Positions 7,910 through 15,435 of a DNA stretch of 15,435 bases are shown piece after piece. Position 1 is the first letter of the stretch, and every line of letters begins with the position of its first letter. This stretch comes from Promethearchaeota archaeon (GTDB taxonomy: Archaea; Asgardarchaeota; Lokiarchaeia; Sigyniarchaeales; SOKP01): assembly GCA_030603385.1 (NCBI GenBank), contig JAUVXW010000049.1:1-15435 (forward strand), given 5' to 3'. A program made the translations under genes and the position numbers. Below the pieces are notes generated by a model, which worked only from the letters and a program-made list of their open reading frames with translations, made no database searches and was not told the DNA's origin.

Positions 7910-9793
7910 CTAAAATAGATGTTTTCCTTCTGAGATTTCCTGATAAATTTCTTTAGTAAGGGAAACATATTCAGAACTTTTTGGTAAAAGAACAAATAAA
8001 TGATCTTTTATCTCATTAATATTATATCCCTCTTTTTTCAGTTTTACCTTCTGAATCTTATGAGTAGCAGTAAAGCTAAATTCATCAATAAATCGAATAA
8101 ACTTAGGAACAGCGTAATTTGGTAAATACTTTTGTAGAAAATTCAATAACCTTATGAAATCAAATTCTTCATCAGTTCTTTTAATTATCGATACCATCCC
8201 CGCACGACCCTCTGTATGTGGAATGAGAATTCCATAAACACAACACATATCAATTTGTTCAAATCTATTAATCACAGATTCAACTTCCTCGGTAGATACA
8301 TTTTCACCTTTCCACCTAAATGTATCACCTAAGCGGTCAACAAATTGAACATGTCCATAACCAATATCTCTTAATAGATCTCCTGTATTAATATACATAT
8401 CCCCTTTTCTAAGGGCATCACGAAACACTTTTTTTTCGGTAGCTTTTTCGTCTTTATACATATAAAAATTATCAGGATCTGTGATTTGTCCTAATAATAG
8501 TCCAACTTCCCCTTTCTTTACTTTCTTCATCCGACCTCTCTCATTTCTAAACGGTTGATCTGCTTCAATATCATATTTGACAATTGCATAAGGCGTTAAA
8601 CATACTCCACAGGTTTTATCAAGATTAAATATATTGGCAAAATTTGATACAAAATCCTCTGTGGCACCATAAAACTCTCTAATTTCTTTGATATTAAATC
8701 TTTTCTTGAAATCTAGCCAAATATCGTTTCTAAGTCCATTCCCAACTATTTTTACAATTGGATTGTCTGCATCGTTTGGTTTTGGAGGCTGATTATACAA
8801 ATACCTGCATATTTCTCCTACATAATTAAAACACGTAGCATTGAATTTTCTAGTTTCATCCCAAAATTTACTAGCACTGAATTTTCTAGCGATTGCCATT
8901 GCTGATCCTCTATAAAGTGCGGCAGCAAAAGCTACTTTAATCCCATGACTATGAAATAAGGGAGTTGTGATATAAATTATATCGTCAGTTTTCATTCCAA
9001 CGACCATATCTCCCCACCATGTCATTGCATTTAATATGGAATAATGTTTCAAAATCGCAGCTTTTGGAAGCCCCGTTGTCCCTGAGGTAAAAATATAGAT
9101 AAAAGGGTCTTTCATTAGAATCTCTGAGGTAGTAGGGGGATTATTATCATCAGAATTCTTAATTTGTTCTTTTAAATTGATGTATCCATCGGGTGTTTTC
9201 ATTTCTCCCTTATCAGTCAAAAAAAAGAGCCCTTCTTTTTGTTCATTTGTTAATCCTATTTTAGTTTTAACATCTTCAAATGCTTGGAAAAGCTCTTCTC
9301 CAATTATGTATATTCTCCCGGGAGTATGTGTCATACTATGAATAAGTGGGTTTTCACGTAGATTAGTATTAATTAATGAAGAAATCACTCCTAATTTACC
9401 CATTGCTGCGATTATAAACATATAATCCGAGCGATTTTCCACAAACACAACAGCTACATCCCCTCTTTTGAGGCCGAAATTAAGAAAATAATTAGCATAA
9501 CGATTAATCCATTCATTAAACTCTTTATGAGTATATTTCTCGTCTTCAAATAGTAGAGCTAAATTATCTGGATACTTTGATGCGTGTTCTTCTATTCGGA
9601 GTCCTATAGAATATTTTGTATCAGATGTATGTTCCGCCATCCATGCTGCGCCTTTCATTATCAATGGAGTTTTTTTATTCCAAGATGGCTGAATTTTGTT
9701 TTTATATTCTTCTTGAGATATAATATATGGTTGCGTTTTTTCCTCGTTTTGAATTATTTTGCCAGAATCAGTTTCTAATTTTTGATCATTCAT
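7910..9793 (-). CDS. Long/very-long-chain acyl-CoA synthetase, FATP/FACL family
   Basis: AMP-binding YIFTSGTTGLPKAA, KFSASKFW, YVGEICRYL and EFYGATE, plus the FATP signature FVDRLGDTFRWKGENVSTEEVE and EGRAGM. Confidence 0.93.
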   Translation of the reverse strand: MNDQKLETDSGKIIQNEEKTQPYIISQEEYKNKIQPSWNKKTPLIMKGAAWMAEHTSDTKYSIGLRIEEHASKYPDNLALLFEDEKYTHKEFNEWINRYANYFLNFGLKRGDVAVVFVENRSDYMFIIAAMGKLGVISSLINTNLRENPLIHSMTHTPGRIYIIGEELFQAFEDVKTKIGLTNEQKEGLFFLTDKGEMKTPDGYINLKEQIKNSDDNNPPTTSEILMKDPFIYIFTSGTTGLPKAAILKHYSILNAMTWWGDMVVGMKTDDIIYITTPLFHSHGIKVAFAAALYRGSAMAIARKFSASKFWDETRKFNATCFNYVGEICRYLYNQPPKPNDADNPIVKIVGNGLRNDIWLDFKKRFNIKEIREFYGATEDFVSNFANIFNLDKTCGVCLTPYAIVKYDIEADQPFRNERGRMKKVKKGEVGLLLGQITDPDNFYMYKDEKATEKKVFRDALRKGDMYINTGDLLRDIGYGHVQFVDRLGDTFRWKGENVSTEEVESVINRFEQIDMCCVYGILIPHTEGRAGMVSIIKRTDEEFDFIRLLNFLQKYLPNYAVPKFIRFIDEFSFTATHKIQKVKLKKEGYNINEIKDHLFVLLPKSSEYVSLTKEIYQEISEGKHLF

Positions 9794-9959
9794 TGATTTT
9801 GCATTGTTTTTAAAAAATTTAAAATTTTTTGATTATCAAAACATTTAATATACAATACATAAAATAGTCGAAACTTGTAAAAAAAATATAAAAACTGCAC
9901 CTATGTTTTAGTTAATGAGTAAAACAAAGAGTAGATAAAAAAACATCAAAAGAATAAAT

Positions 9960-10306
9960 TTAATATTGTCTATACTCCCCTTTATACCACATTCTTTGAG
10001 ATTTCTTAAGATTCTCTGGCATATCTTCATATGGTGAAATTTCTTCCTCTAATTTACAATCAACTCCGTATCGTAAATTAGTTTGTGGATGAACATACCC
10101 TGTTTTTGTTTCCCTTTAGCTGCTCTAAGTGATGTGCGTCTAGAGATTAAAGAGGCACCTTTTATATAGAAAAATTTCCATTTATCTTCTTCTTCAACTA
10201 GTTCTAAGAAGATACCATCGTCCATATCTGAATCAGATCCTATGGGACGAAATTGGCCAGTTTCATCATTCCATTTCAACATGATATTACCTTTTTTTTC
10301 AGCCAT
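9960..10306 (-). pseudogene. Small gene interrupted by a 1-nt frameshift (sequence error, pseudogene or recoding); repaired product ~115 aa with a gelsolin-like pattern
   Basis: The 0 frame reads ...GASLISRRTSLRAAKG. From about 10110 the -1 frame is open as TKTGYVHPQTNLRYGVDCKLEEEISPYEDMPENLKKSQRMWYKGEYRQY* to TAA at 9962-9960. ATG 10306 is preceded by GGTG. Confidence 0.6.
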
Positions 10307-10706
10307 ATTCACACCAAATTTAAAGAATTATTCTGTAAGAAATTTAATTAAATGATAACTTAAAAAATTTTAATTTTCTTTGATATTAATTATAAAATTA
10401 ATACTATTTTAATCTTATTTTAAGGATAAACCATGACAGAATTTTGATATTTCCTTAATGTTAATAACATTTCATATGAGATAAAAGAAAAAAATCGAAA
10501 ATTTTTAAATTCATTAGTTTTCTTAAACAATTATTAGAAAGTATTGAAGGATATGACTTTAAGACTCATTTTGATGATTAATTTTTGGAGTTATCAATGA
10601 AACAAGTTGCTCATGATGTAGTTAGGATTTTTGATTTGGATTATCCCTTTTCAAGAATTTTAATGAAAAATTTTATGTGGTATTAGAAATATATTTTACA
10701 AAACAG

Positions 10707-10722
10707 ATAAAAGTTTTAATCT
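10707..10722 (+). promoter_or_regulatory. Putative BRE/TATA promoter of the argS operon
   Basis: GATAAAAG followed by TTTTAAT, about 45 nt upstream of ATG 10764. Confidence 0.4.
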
Positions 10723-10763
10723 TTATCATTATAAGAATTGTTAAAGAACCAGAAATAAGAAAA

Positions 10764-12479
10764 ATGAAAACAATCGATAAACAAGTCATCGCAGAATTTC
10801 TTGCGAATCATATTACTTTCCTTTCTTTAGAGGAAATTGAGGAAATTATTGAAATTCCTCCGCCAGATATTAATTTTTCATATGCTTTTCCAGTTTATCG
10901 TCTAAGTAAAGTTGAAAAGAAAAATCCGAAGGAGATAGCCAAAAATTTTGAAAAAAATTTGCTATTACCTGATTTTATTGAAAAGATTGAAGCAGATGGT
11001 CCATATTTAAATTTTAAAATTAAACCATCATTTGTTTTAGAAAATGTTTTCAAATTAAAAGATAATTATGGAAGAATTTACGAATCTTTAAGTGAAAAGA
11101 TAGGGAAATCATTAAAAATTGTAATAGAATTTCCTGCTCCCAATACAAATAAACCACTCCATTTCGGACATGTACGCAATATGCTAATAGGTAGTTCTAT
11201 GGCTAATTTATTCAGATATAAAAACCATGAAGTATTTGAAGTTAATTTGAGACAGGATAGAGGGATACATATTTGTAAATCTATGTTAGCGTATAAAAAA
11301 TGGGGGAATAATCAAGAACCAACTAAGAAGCCTGATCATTTTGTAGGAGATTTTTATGTAAAATATAGTGAAATGGAAAAAAAAGACGATAACTTAAATA
11401 AAGAAGCACATGCGCTACTCCGCTTATGGGAAGCTGAAGATCCTGAAACACGAGCTATATGGGAAAAGATGAATAAATGGGCTTTAGAAGGATTTGAAGA
11501 AACGTTTAAAAAATTAGGAATCACGTTTGATAAAGAGTATTCTGAATCTGAGATTTATAAAAAAGGAAAAAAAATTATACTAGAAAATTTAGAGAAAGGA
11601 TTATTTAAAAAAACCGAAGATGGAGCAGTTTACGCTGAGTTAAAGGAGGATTTCGGTTTACCAAATAAAATTTTACTTCGAAAAGATGGAACGTCATTAT
11701 ATATTACTCAAGATATTTATCTTGCATTTCTTAAGAAACAAGATTTTAATTATGATAAGTCGCTATATGTTGTTGCTAGTGAACAAAATCTTTACTTTAA
11801 GCAATTATTCACTGTGCTAGAGATGATTGGGTTTAAAGAGGATAAGTTTCACCTCTCATATGGCATGATTAGTCTCCCAGAGGGGAAAATGAAAAGTAGA
11901 GAAGGAACTATAGCTGATGCTGATGATATTATTGACGAAATGCTAGAACTAGCTTATAAGGAGGTAAATAAAAGATATCCAAATATTAAAGAAGAAGAAA
12001 AAGAAAGAAGAGCGAATTTTATAGGTATCGGTGCTTTAAAATTCTTCATCTTAAAATTTAATCTTAAATCAGATTTTGTTTTTGATCCAAAACAAAGTAT
12101 TTCTTTTGAAGGAGAAACTGGACCATATATACAATACTGCTATGCAAGAATTGAATCGATAATTTCAAAATCAAGTGAGAATATTGATTTAGATATCGAA
12201 TGGGATTTGTTGAATCATGAAACTGAAGAGAGTTTGATAAAACAATTGAATTACTTTCCTGAAATTATAGATCAAACGGCTCAGAAGTATAATATTCATT
12301 TAATTGCTCAATATCTTTTGACATTATGTCAAATTTTTAATTCTTTTTATAGTGTATGCCCTGTTATTTCTGATAATAAACAATTAGAAAGAGCAAGACT
12401 ATTACTAATAAAATGTGTACAGATAGTTATTAAGATTGGATTGAATATCTTAGGAATTGAAACTTTAGATAAAATGTGA
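10764..12479 (+). CDS. argS: Arginine--tRNA ligase
   Basis: HIGH motif PNTNKPLHFGHVRN, LLRKDGTSLYITQD, GKMKSREG, and anticodon-domain FEGETGPYIQY..ARI..I, FNSFY and LGI...DKM. Start set to ATG 10764 (MKTIDK) rather than the ORF-track start at 10677. Confidence 0.97.
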   Translation: MKTIDKQVIAEFLANHITFLSLEEIEEIIEIPPPDINFSYAFPVYRLSKVEKKNPKEIAKNFEKNLLLPDFIEKIEADGPYLNFKIKPSFVLENVFKLKDNYGRIYESLSEKIGKSLKIVIEFPAPNTNKPLHFGHVRNMLIGSSMANLFRYKNHEVFEVNLRQDRGIHICKSMLAYKKWGNNQEPTKKPDHFVGDFYVKYSEMEKKDDNLNKEAHALLRLWEAEDPETRAIWEKMNKWALEGFEETFKKLGITFDKEYSESEIYKKGKKIILENLEKGLFKKTEDGAVYAELKEDFGLPNKILLRKDGTSLYITQDIYLAFLKKQDFNYDKSLYVVASEQNLYFKQLFTVLEMIGFKEDKFHLSYGMISLPEGKMKSREGTIADADDIIDEMLELAYKEVNKRYPNIKEEEKERRANFIGIGALKFFILKFNLKSDFVFDPKQSISFEGETGPYIQYCYARIESIISKSSENIDLDIEWDLLNHETEESLIKQLNYFPEIIDQTAQKYNIHLIAQYLLTLCQIFNSFYSVCPVISDNKQLERARLLLIKCVQIVIKIGLNILGIETLDKM

Positions 12480-12489
12480 GATTCTTAGA

Positions 12490-13392
12490 ATGAGATTTTT
12501 TGATTTTAGGGAAGAATTAAATAAAGATACTCGCTTTGTTGTTTTTGGTATCCCATGGGATTACTTAACTTCCTCAGATCTACCTAATTCCTCAATAGCT
12601 CCAGGTAAAATTAGAAATATAACAAATGATATTGGATATACCACTGAATTGGGATTCCATATTCCAAACTTTCAAGCTGTAGATGTGGGAGATATTAAGA
12701 TTGAACCAACTGATGTTGAATTGAACCTTACTACTATAGATAATTTCCTTAAAAAACTCTATAATCAAAATGAAGAAATAATCCCAGTTATGATAGGTGG
12801 AGATCATTTTTGCACTTACCCTGTAGTAAAGGTTGTTGGTGATCAATTGGAAAAGAAAGAAGAATTTGGGGTGTTAATTTTTGATTCTCACTTAGATTTT
12901 TATCAAGAATGGGATAAAGGAGTTTATTCTCATGCAACAATTTCTCATAGGATTTATGATTTAGAATATGTTAATAATAAAAATTTGTTAATAGTAGGTA
13001 CTCGTGATATTGATATTGAGGAATTTAACTTAGCAAGTTCTGAAAACATCAAGTACCTTAATGCTTATCATATCATTGATGGCTTAGATTATTATATAGA
13101 TAGTATAAAGGAATTTTTTAAAAAATCAAATATCAAAAGTTTATATGTTTCAATAGACATCGATGCTTTAGATCCTTCGATTGCACCGGGTACGGGTTAT
13201 GCAATACCTGGTGGTTTTTCTTATCGCGATATATGGAAAATCCTGAAAGAAATAACAGAGTATTTTAATATTGTTGGGTTTGATTTAGTTGAGGTTGCCC
13301 CAAATTTAGATTTGGAAAACAAAATGACATGTATTTTGGCAGCAAAATTGATTGTTGAATTTATGTATTTTATTAGAAGCAATAATTTATAA
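12490..13392 (+). CDS. speB: Agmatinase (ureohydrolase/arginase family)
   Basis: Motifs GIPWD, GGDH, FDSHLD, SHAT, SIDIDALDPSIAPGTG...PGG and DLVEVAP. Confidence 0.88.
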   Translation: MRFFDFREELNKDTRFVVFGIPWDYLTSSDLPNSSIAPGKIRNITNDIGYTTELGFHIPNFQAVDVGDIKIEPTDVELNLTTIDNFLKKLYNQNEEIIPVMIGGDHFCTYPVVKVVGDQLEKKEEFGVLIFDSHLDFYQEWDKGVYSHATISHRIYDLEYVNNKNLLIVGTRDIDIEEFNLASSENIKYLNAYHIIDGLDYYIDSIKEFFKKSNIKSLYVSIDIDALDPSIAPGTGYAIPGGFSYRDIWKILKEITEYFNIVGFDLVEVAPNLDLENKMTCILAAKLIVEFMYFIRSNNL

Positions 13393-13400
13393 TGGTTTAG

Positions 13401-14360
13401 ATGTCAGAAAAAAACTTAGAAGATATTTTAAAAAGAGTAGATCAGTTGGAAATTACAAAGGAAACAAGTATTTTAAGCCTTATTAATTCATTAAAAAATG
13501 CTGGATTTAACGCCAAGAGATTAGCTTTAGCGTGTGAAATCTATAATGAAATGATAAATGATGAAGAGTGTATAAAGTTTTTTGGTTTGGCAGGAGCTCT
13601 TGTTCCTGCAGGAATGCAAAGAGTAGTTCATGATTTTATAAAAGAAGGATTTATTGATATTTTAGTGACTACAGGTGCAAACCTAACACATGATCTAGCA
13701 GAAGCCTTAGGATATCATCATTTACAAGGAGGAGCTATTAATTTAAACGATTTAAATGATTCAGATTTGCATAAAGCTGAAATGAATAGAATTTATGATG
13801 TTTTCATGCCAAATAAGGTATATGAAGGGATTGAAGACTTTATTTCAAATCTAAAGATACCCGATCCCCAAATGTCCGTTAGCTCATTCTTGAGGTTTCT
13901 CGGTAAGGCACTTCCAAAAGATTCTCAATCCATCTTAAAGATTTGCGAGCAGAAAGAAGTCCCAATTTTTTGCCCGGCATTTACAGATTCAGGCCTTGCT
14001 TTACAATTAGGATTCCATAATCAAAAAATAAATTTAAACCATTTTAAGGATATGCTTGAAATGGTCAACTTAGCTTGGGATGCTAAAAAAGCTGGAGTTT
14101 GTTTTTTAGGGGGTGGGGTACCGAAGAACTTTATATTGCAATCATTACAATTTTGCCCAAATTCCGCAATGTATGCCATTCAAATTACAATGGATCGTCC
14201 TGAACCAGGAGGATTAAGTGGAGCTACATTAAGAGAAGCTATCTCCTGGGGGAAAGTAAATGAAAATGCAAAATATTCAACGGTCATATCAGATGCTACA
14301 ATAGCACTCCCAATAATCTTATGGTTTCTTAAGGAATCACAAAGGAAAAAGAAGATATAG
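13401..14360 (+). CDS. dhs: Deoxyhypusine synthase family protein
   Basis: Motifs GFNAKRL, VTTGANLTHD, NRIYDV, FCPAFTDS, LGGGVPKNF and GGLSGATLREAISWGK (catalytic Lys present), then DATIALP. Confidence 0.93.
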   Translation: MSEKNLEDILKRVDQLEITKETSILSLINSLKNAGFNAKRLALACEIYNEMINDEECIKFFGLAGALVPAGMQRVVHDFIKEGFIDILVTTGANLTHDLAEALGYHHLQGGAINLNDLNDSDLHKAEMNRIYDVFMPNKVYEGIEDFISNLKIPDPQMSVSSFLRFLGKALPKDSQSILKICEQKEVPIFCPAFTDSGLALQLGFHNQKINLNHFKDMLEMVNLAWDAKKAGVCFLGGGVPKNFILQSLQFCPNSAMYAIQITMDRPEPGGLSGATLREAISWGKVNENAKYSTVISDATIALPIILWFLKESQRKKKI

Positions 14361-14389
14361 TTTTAAGGCTGTTTAAATTAATAATGTTT

Positions 14390-14854
14390 TTATGAAAAAA
14401 CCCCTTTGAGTTTTTGCTCAACAGTTTTTGTGTCAGATCCGTAGATATCATCTAAATTATTTTTAAAATCCCTAAATTGAGAAACTTCTGATAAATTCTT
14501 CCCCATATTTAAGGAGATAAATTCATTTACTACGTTTTTTAATAAAGGTTGGATTATCTTATGGATATACTTTTCTATTTTTTTCTCTCTGTCCAGAATA
14601 GCATAGGAGGTTAAACTTTCAAGTTCTATGCCATCATTAGACTTGATTTGTTCCTTAGTAAATACAATAATAAGTTTCTTCATAAGAAAGTATTCAATGG
14701 AACTCTCCGCAAACGCTGTTTCTGCAAAGGATATAATAGCATCTAGTAGCCCACTTCGCAGATCTATATCAATTTTTCCTTTATCGGTCTTATGAAAAGT
14801 TTTCTTTACTAACGTAAAACCCCTGAATATTAATCCAGCTTCTCGAACGACCAT
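14390..14854 (-). CDS. Hypothetical protein, probable standalone longin-like domain (Asgard eukaryotic signature type)
   Basis: Pattern: beta hairpin (EAGLIFRGFTLV), helix DIDLRSGLLDAIISFA, three strands (IEYF, LIIVF, SYAILD), then helices ending F...QFRDFKNNLDDI. This topology matches longin/sigma-adaptin folds. Recognised by eye only. Confidence 0.65.
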   Translation of the reverse strand: MVVREAGLIFRGFTLVKKTFHKTDKGKIDIDLRSGLLDAIISFAETAFAESSIEYFLMKKLIIVFTKEQIKSNDGIELESLTSYAILDREKKIEKYIHKIIQPLLKNVVNEFISLNMGKNLSEVSQFRDFKNNLDDIYGSDTKTVEQKLKGVFS

Positions 14855-15048
14855 CTTGAATAATTTCAGTTATCTAATTTTAATTGTAAGAAATTTTGGC
14901 ATAAAAATATTGTTTTCAATACTTAAATTATAACAACTAATTTTAATAAACTCTTTGCCATTGAGCTAATTTTAGAATTTCAAATCAGCATTCGATTTCA
15001 ATAAGTTCGAATTAAAAGATTTTTTATCATTGTATTATTCTTAAAACT

Positions 15049-15300
15049 ATGATTGATAAACAAAAAATTAAAACTTGCTCAGAAAATATTGCTAAAAGCA
15101 TTAATATAAAAGAAGAGGGCGAGTATGTTCTTATAAAAGGTGGTTTTTATACTCATGAATTGTTAGAAGAAATAGGATTAAGTATTCTAAGAAAGGGTGG
15201 GATTCCCCATATCACTTCTACAAGTGATTATTTTGATGAGTCAATTTTTACGGATGATTTAATAAAGGTTAATATCATTGAAAAAACACCTCTGGGTTAA
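15049..15300 (+). pseudogene. Truncated N-terminal fragment of an M29 (AmpT/AmpS-type) aminopeptidase
   Basis: IAKSINIKEEGEYVLIKG...ELLEEIGLSILRKGGIP resembles the M29 N-terminus. It stops after 83 aa, whereas family members are several hundred aa. The stop lies inside an inverted repeat. Confidence 0.6.
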
Positions 15301-15334
15301 TTTTATAAACGAATTAACAATTATAAATTAACCC
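15294..15334. repeat. Imperfect inverted repeat (14-bp stem, 1-nt bulge, 12-nt loop)
   Basis: GGGTTAATTTTATAA (15294-15308) pairs with TTATAAATTAACCC (15321-15334). A T-rich tract follows. Confidence 0.75.
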
Positions 15335-15435
15335 CCTTTTTTGTTTTCTTACATTATAATCCCCCGTTCTAGTAGGTCGGCGCATTCTATGAGTTTTAGA
15401 TTGTTCATTAAAAAATTTCCCCTCACTTGTCGAGT

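Noticed and set aside
9584-9778. 64-aa Cys/aromatic-rich ORF as a possible radical SAM precursor peptide
   Set aside because: Antisense to the 5' end of the acyl-CoA synthetase and far from the radical SAM gene.
9806-9830. A/T-only palindromes upstream of the acyl-CoA synthetase
   Set aside because: Low-complexity homopolymer runs are expected by chance at this AT content.
10108-10114. GGGAAAC as a canonical -1 ribosomal slippery heptamer
   Set aside because: It is read GGG AAA C in the ORF frame, not G GGA AAC, so it is out of phase for tandem slippage. No clear downstream stimulator was seen.
10571-10577. TGATGA box C-like motifs here and at about 5448-5454 (minus) as C/D box sRNAs
   Set aside because: No box D (CTGA) at a suitable distance downstream.
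10677-10763. 29-aa N-terminal extension of ArgRS given by the ORF track
   Set aside because: It has a non-ATG start and overlaps a TATA/BRE-like element. ATG 10764 gives a normal-length enzyme.
12592-12846. 84-aa minus-strand ORF
   Set aside because: Antisense shadow of the agmatinase gene.
1-15435. CRISPR arrays, tRNA or rRNA genes
   Set aside because: No spaced direct repeats or GC-rich structured RNA segments were seen in any spacer.

Overview
AT-rich (roughly 30% GC by eye) archaeal-type window. It is most likely from an Asgard archaeon (Lokiarchaeia-like), inferred from a standalone longin-like protein, a signal-less reductive dehalogenase, deoxyhypusine synthase, TATA/BRE promoters and oligo-T terminators. 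The left ~10 kb is an anaerobic redox/radical block: the 3' end of a GlcD-type FAD oxidoreductase with its CCG Fe-S partner, a convergent 2-hydroxyacyl-CoA dehydratase/benzoyl-CoA reductase-family operon (two subunits plus ATP-dependent activase), a Lin0512-family gene, a radical SAM (SPASM/Twitch-like) gene, a RdhA-family enzyme lacking a Tat signal and rdhB, and a FATP-type acyl-CoA synthetase. The right part has a small gene split by a 1-nt frameshift; repaired, it gives ~115 aa with a gelsolin-like pattern. It is followed by a tight argS-agmatinase-deoxyhypusine synthase operon, the longin-like gene, and an M29 aminopeptidase cut off at an inverted repeat that may be an insertion boundary. 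I saw no rRNA, tRNA or CRISPR array. All family calls come from motif recognition by eye; no searches were run.
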